From: Carcharhinus amblyrhynchos
Taxonomy: Eukaryota
Direction: 5' to 3'
NCBI GenBank assembly: GCA_965287045.1
Contig: OZ336871.1
Coordinates: 20,212,001 to 20,276,000 of the forward strand
DNA: 64,000 bases
Shown here: positions 60,301 through 64,000 of the stretch, in pieces
How the letters are laid out: every line of letters begins with the position of its first letter
Numbering within the stretch: the first letter of the stretch is position 1
Made by a program: the position numbers and the translations under genes
The notes under the pieces: model-generated
Told to the model about the DNA's origin: nothing
Database searches by the model: none
Seen by the model: only the letters and a program-made list of their open reading frames with translations

Positions 60301-61312
60301 GCGAGACCACAAATGTATGACCGGCTTCCTAATATTTAATGTGCCCAGACCCTAAGGAACTATCATTAACTTATCTTGTTCCCTGGAATAATGCATTGTT
60401 CCTAGAATGTCTACAACCAAATGGACAACTCCATCTCTGCCATGGCAGCAATGCACAAGAGGCTCAAACATAGAAGAGCAGGAGGAGGCCATTTGGCCTT
60501 TCGTGCCTGCTCTGCCATTCATCACAATCATGGATGATCATCCAACTCAATAGTCCAGTCCTTCTTTCTCCCCATAACTTTAGATCCCATTTGTCCCAAG
60601 TGCTATATCTAGCTGCCTCTTGAATACATTCACTGTTTTGGCTTGACACCATTCAGGGTAAAGCAGCTTGATTGATCAGCAAACTATCCACCATCTTATT
60701 TCACCACTAGCACATTAAGTCTGTGTTGGAAGATGCTGTAGAAGAAACCTCAGTGGGTTGCTGCAATGTATCTGGTATAGTGCAGCAACCCACTGAGGCT
60801 TCTTCTACAGCATCTCCCAATCCCTGGTCTCCAATATCTACATGAGCAAAGGCGGCAAGTGCACAGGAACACCAACACTTTGACGTCTCCAAGTCCACTC
60901 TGACCTGGGTGTATTATTGTCATTTCTTTGTGGTTACTGGGTTAAAATACTGGAGCTCCTTAAAAACAATTTAGGAGCACCTTCACCATGGAAAGAGGAG
61001 AGGTTTGAGAAGAAGATCCACCACCACCTTCTCAAGGGCAATTAGGAATGGCATGAAATGCAGACCTTGCCAGTGGCATCCGTTCCTACATGACAACAGA
61101 GGCTACACTTCAAAAATGTCAACTATCTATAAAGTGCACTGAGGACAGCCTAAGGTCATGAAAGGTGCTATATAAATGCAAGCCCATCTTACTTCTCGTA
61201 GCTTATGAATGAGTTTCAGAAAAATCATCTGCAGATACCAGGTGACAAAACTGTTTGGGAATTTCAACAAATATATTCCTGCATTCTTTTATAAGAAGAA
61301 ATGTTGGTCACG

Positions 61313-61908
61313 AAGAACATAAGAACATAAGAACATAAGAAATAGGAGCAGGAGTAGGCCATCTAGCCCTTCGAGCCTGCCCCGCCATTCAATAAGATCA
61401 TGGCTGATCTGTCGCTGCTCAGTTCCACTTTCCCACCCTCTCCCCATAACCCTTAATCCCCTCTCTTATCAAAAACCCATCAACCCGCGTCTTAAAAATA
61501 TTTAGCGAGGCAGCCTCCACCACTTCAACGGGCAGAGAATTCCAGAGATTCACCACCCTTTGAGTGAAGAAGTTCCTCCTCAACTCCGTTCTAAACCGCC
61601 CCCCTTTTATCTTGAGGCTGTGCCCCCTAGTCCTACTGTCTTTTTTGAGCGGGAAGAGTCTTTCCACCTCTATCCTATCCATCCCATTCATCATCTTATA
61701 TGTCTCAATGAGATCTCCCCTCATTCTTCTAAACTCTAATGAGTACAAGCCCAGTTTATTGAGGCTCTCCTCATAGCTCAACCCCCTCAACTCCGGTATC
61801 AGCCTAGTAAACCTCCTCTGCACTCCCTCCAAGGCCAAAATATCCTTGCGCAGGTGCAGCGCCCAAAACTGCACACAGTACTCCAGCTGCGGCCTCACCA
61901 ATGCCCTA
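61313..61908 (-). mobile_element. Young CR1 3' fragment
   Basis: ORF 61419..61901 and (aagaacat)n tail. Confidence 0.92.
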
Positions 61909-64000
61909 TGACAGTAAGATGCAAGTACATAGGTAATAAATGGACATAAAGTTTACTTGTCATATAAATGTGCCTCTTTCTTGAACAAAAAAATAAAAAC
62001 ATGTGGATTAATGATCGTTTCTTTAAGGTGGCACAGGTGACATAGTGGTTAGTGCTGCTGCCTCACAGTATCGGGTCCAATTCCCAGTCTGTCTGTGTGG
62101 AGTCTACACATTCTCCAAGGGTGTCTGCGTGGGTTTCCTCCAGGTGCTCCGGTTTCCTCCCACAGCCTGAAAGACATGCTGGTTACGTGCTTTGGCCATG
62201 CTAAATTCTCCCTCACTGTACCCGAATAGGCGCTGGAGTGTGGCGGCTAGGGGATTTTCACAGTAACCTCATTGCAGTGGTAGTGTAAGCCTACTTGTGA
62301 CAAATAAATATACTTTACCTTTACTTTTTGCATTTTCTGCAGAACCAGAACTTTGTGCAGAGTTCCACATTTGATGACAGGTGATAGAAATCTACACCAT
62401 CGTATATATCTGTCCACAAAGTAGTCAGGAATCTATATGAGAAGTTTGCAATGGAAGGGTAAAGGGTTTGGTTACACGTTTATTTTGAGTCTGTGTGAAG
62501 GGTGTGGAATGCTACGTTAATCGTCAGCTCCCTGTAAAATTCAGCAGATATATACTTACTTGACAATTGAATTTCAGAAATGCATGCTGTAGTCTTTTGC
62601 CTGCAGCTTTTCTGGCAGACGTCCACACTTGACTGGGCATTGCTACAAACCAGACCTCATTTCCTGTAAATGGCTGCAAGAGTCACACTGTAGTCAGGCA
62701 GAAGAACAAGACAGACTGTTACAAGTGTATGTCGCTGAGATTCTGGTACGTGACTACTTGTTGAAAATGCTGTGTGAGTGGAGAAGCTTGTTGTAAACAC
62801 CGTCAGTTTGTACAATTTACACTCCTGGAAATTATAATTGGGGATATCAGTGTTAATGTGAATCAGGTTTGAGTCGGTGCAGTTATTTACTCCAGGATAA
62901 AATGTTGTGCAAGAGATTTTGAACGATTGTTAGAGTGGGGTGCCTCCATTGTGAGAGATTTTTGATGTGGTAAGTTGGAGTGTTAGCTTCATTACTGGGG
63001 GAAGGGTGGAGAAGAGGTGCTTCCCTCCCCGAGGGTTTTGGGGAGGGGGATTATCAGAGGGTGAAATAGTAACAACTTGTTCAAGGGCAAGAGAGTCTGT
63101 CTTGTAACCTTCATGACCTGCTGTGTCTATAACACAAAGGGACTTAAAACTCCTCTGGGCCTACACTCCTCTTCCAACTCCGAATGCTTGTGCTTTTCCA
63201 TCATTTCCTCCACTGCACTATGGAAGTGGCTTCAGCTGCCTAGATCCTAAGCTCTGGAATTTTCTCCATGAAGGTCTCTGCCTCTCCACCTCTGCTCAAT
63301 ACAATGATCCCTGCAGTTGACTATCTGGCACGGTGGCACAGTGGTTAGAACTGCTGTCTCAGAGCACCAGGTTGAATTCCGGCCAAGGGTAATTGTCTAT
63401 GTGGAGTTTGCACATTCTCTCTCTATCTGCATGGGTTTTTTATGGTTTCCTCAACGTGTACAGGTTGGTTGATTTGGCCATGCTACATTGCTCCTTAGTA
63501 TTAGGGGAATTAGTGGGGTAAATACATGGATTTATGCGGATAGGGGCTAGGTGGGTTTGTTGTTGGTCAATAGGCCAAATGGCCTCCTTCTGCACTGTAG
63601 GGATTCTATGATCCTGACCAAATTTTTTCTTCCCTCTCCTACCAGTACAAACTACTGTGTGGTGTTTGCACATTCTCCCCATGTCTGCGTGGGTTCCCTC
63701 TGAGTGCTCCAGTTTCCTCCCACAGTCAAAAGATGTGTGGGTTAGGTTGACTGGCCATTGACCCTAGTATCAGGGGTATTAACAAGGTAAATGAAGGTTA
63801 CGGGAATAGGTGGGATTGTGGTCAGTACCGACTCAATGGGCTGAATGGCCTCCTTTTGCACTGGAGGGATTTTATGATTCCAACTTGTGGCTTTGGTGTA
63901 AAGTTTTGTCTGATGATGCTTCTGTGGTTGTACTTTCATGTTAAATGGGCTGCATAAATGTAAGCGGTCAATGTTGAAGGAAAGTTCAATTTAGAAAATT

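Noticed and set aside
1-64000. CRISPR arrays, operons or other prokaryotic systems
   Set aside because: The sequence is intron-containing vertebrate DNA; the repeats are dispersed retroelements with no repeat-spacer periodicity.

Overview
Eukaryotic, repeat-rich vertebrate genomic DNA; the repeat content (HE1/V-SINE-type tRNA SINEs, CR1, Deu-type SINEs, Penelope-like elements) points to a cartilaginous fish (inference). The one host gene I can support is the 3' part of a ZNFX1-like gene on the + strand: 8 coding exons from 3773 to 25594, all GT-AG and phase-compatible, with the 5' exons upstream of the window. The product has intact SF1 helicase motifs, an NF-X1 zinc-finger array and a RING-like domain. 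It stops where ZNFX1's C-terminal RZ finger should begin and lacks one internal zinc finger (compared with human ZNFX1 recalled from memory). A decayed Mag/Gypsy LTR retrotransposon starts about 180 bp after the stop. The rest is nested mobile DNA: a young CR1 family (one ~3.2 kb copy plus four 3' fragments), Rex/Babar and L2 fragments, more than 20 SINEs, a Harbinger remnant, solo-LTR-like repeats, and Penelope-like elements carrying minimal hammerhead ribozyme cores, including a 271-bp-arm palindrome with a 12-bp TSD. A possible promoter/first exon of the next gene lies near 53.1-53.3 kb. All homology calls are by eye; no database search was run.
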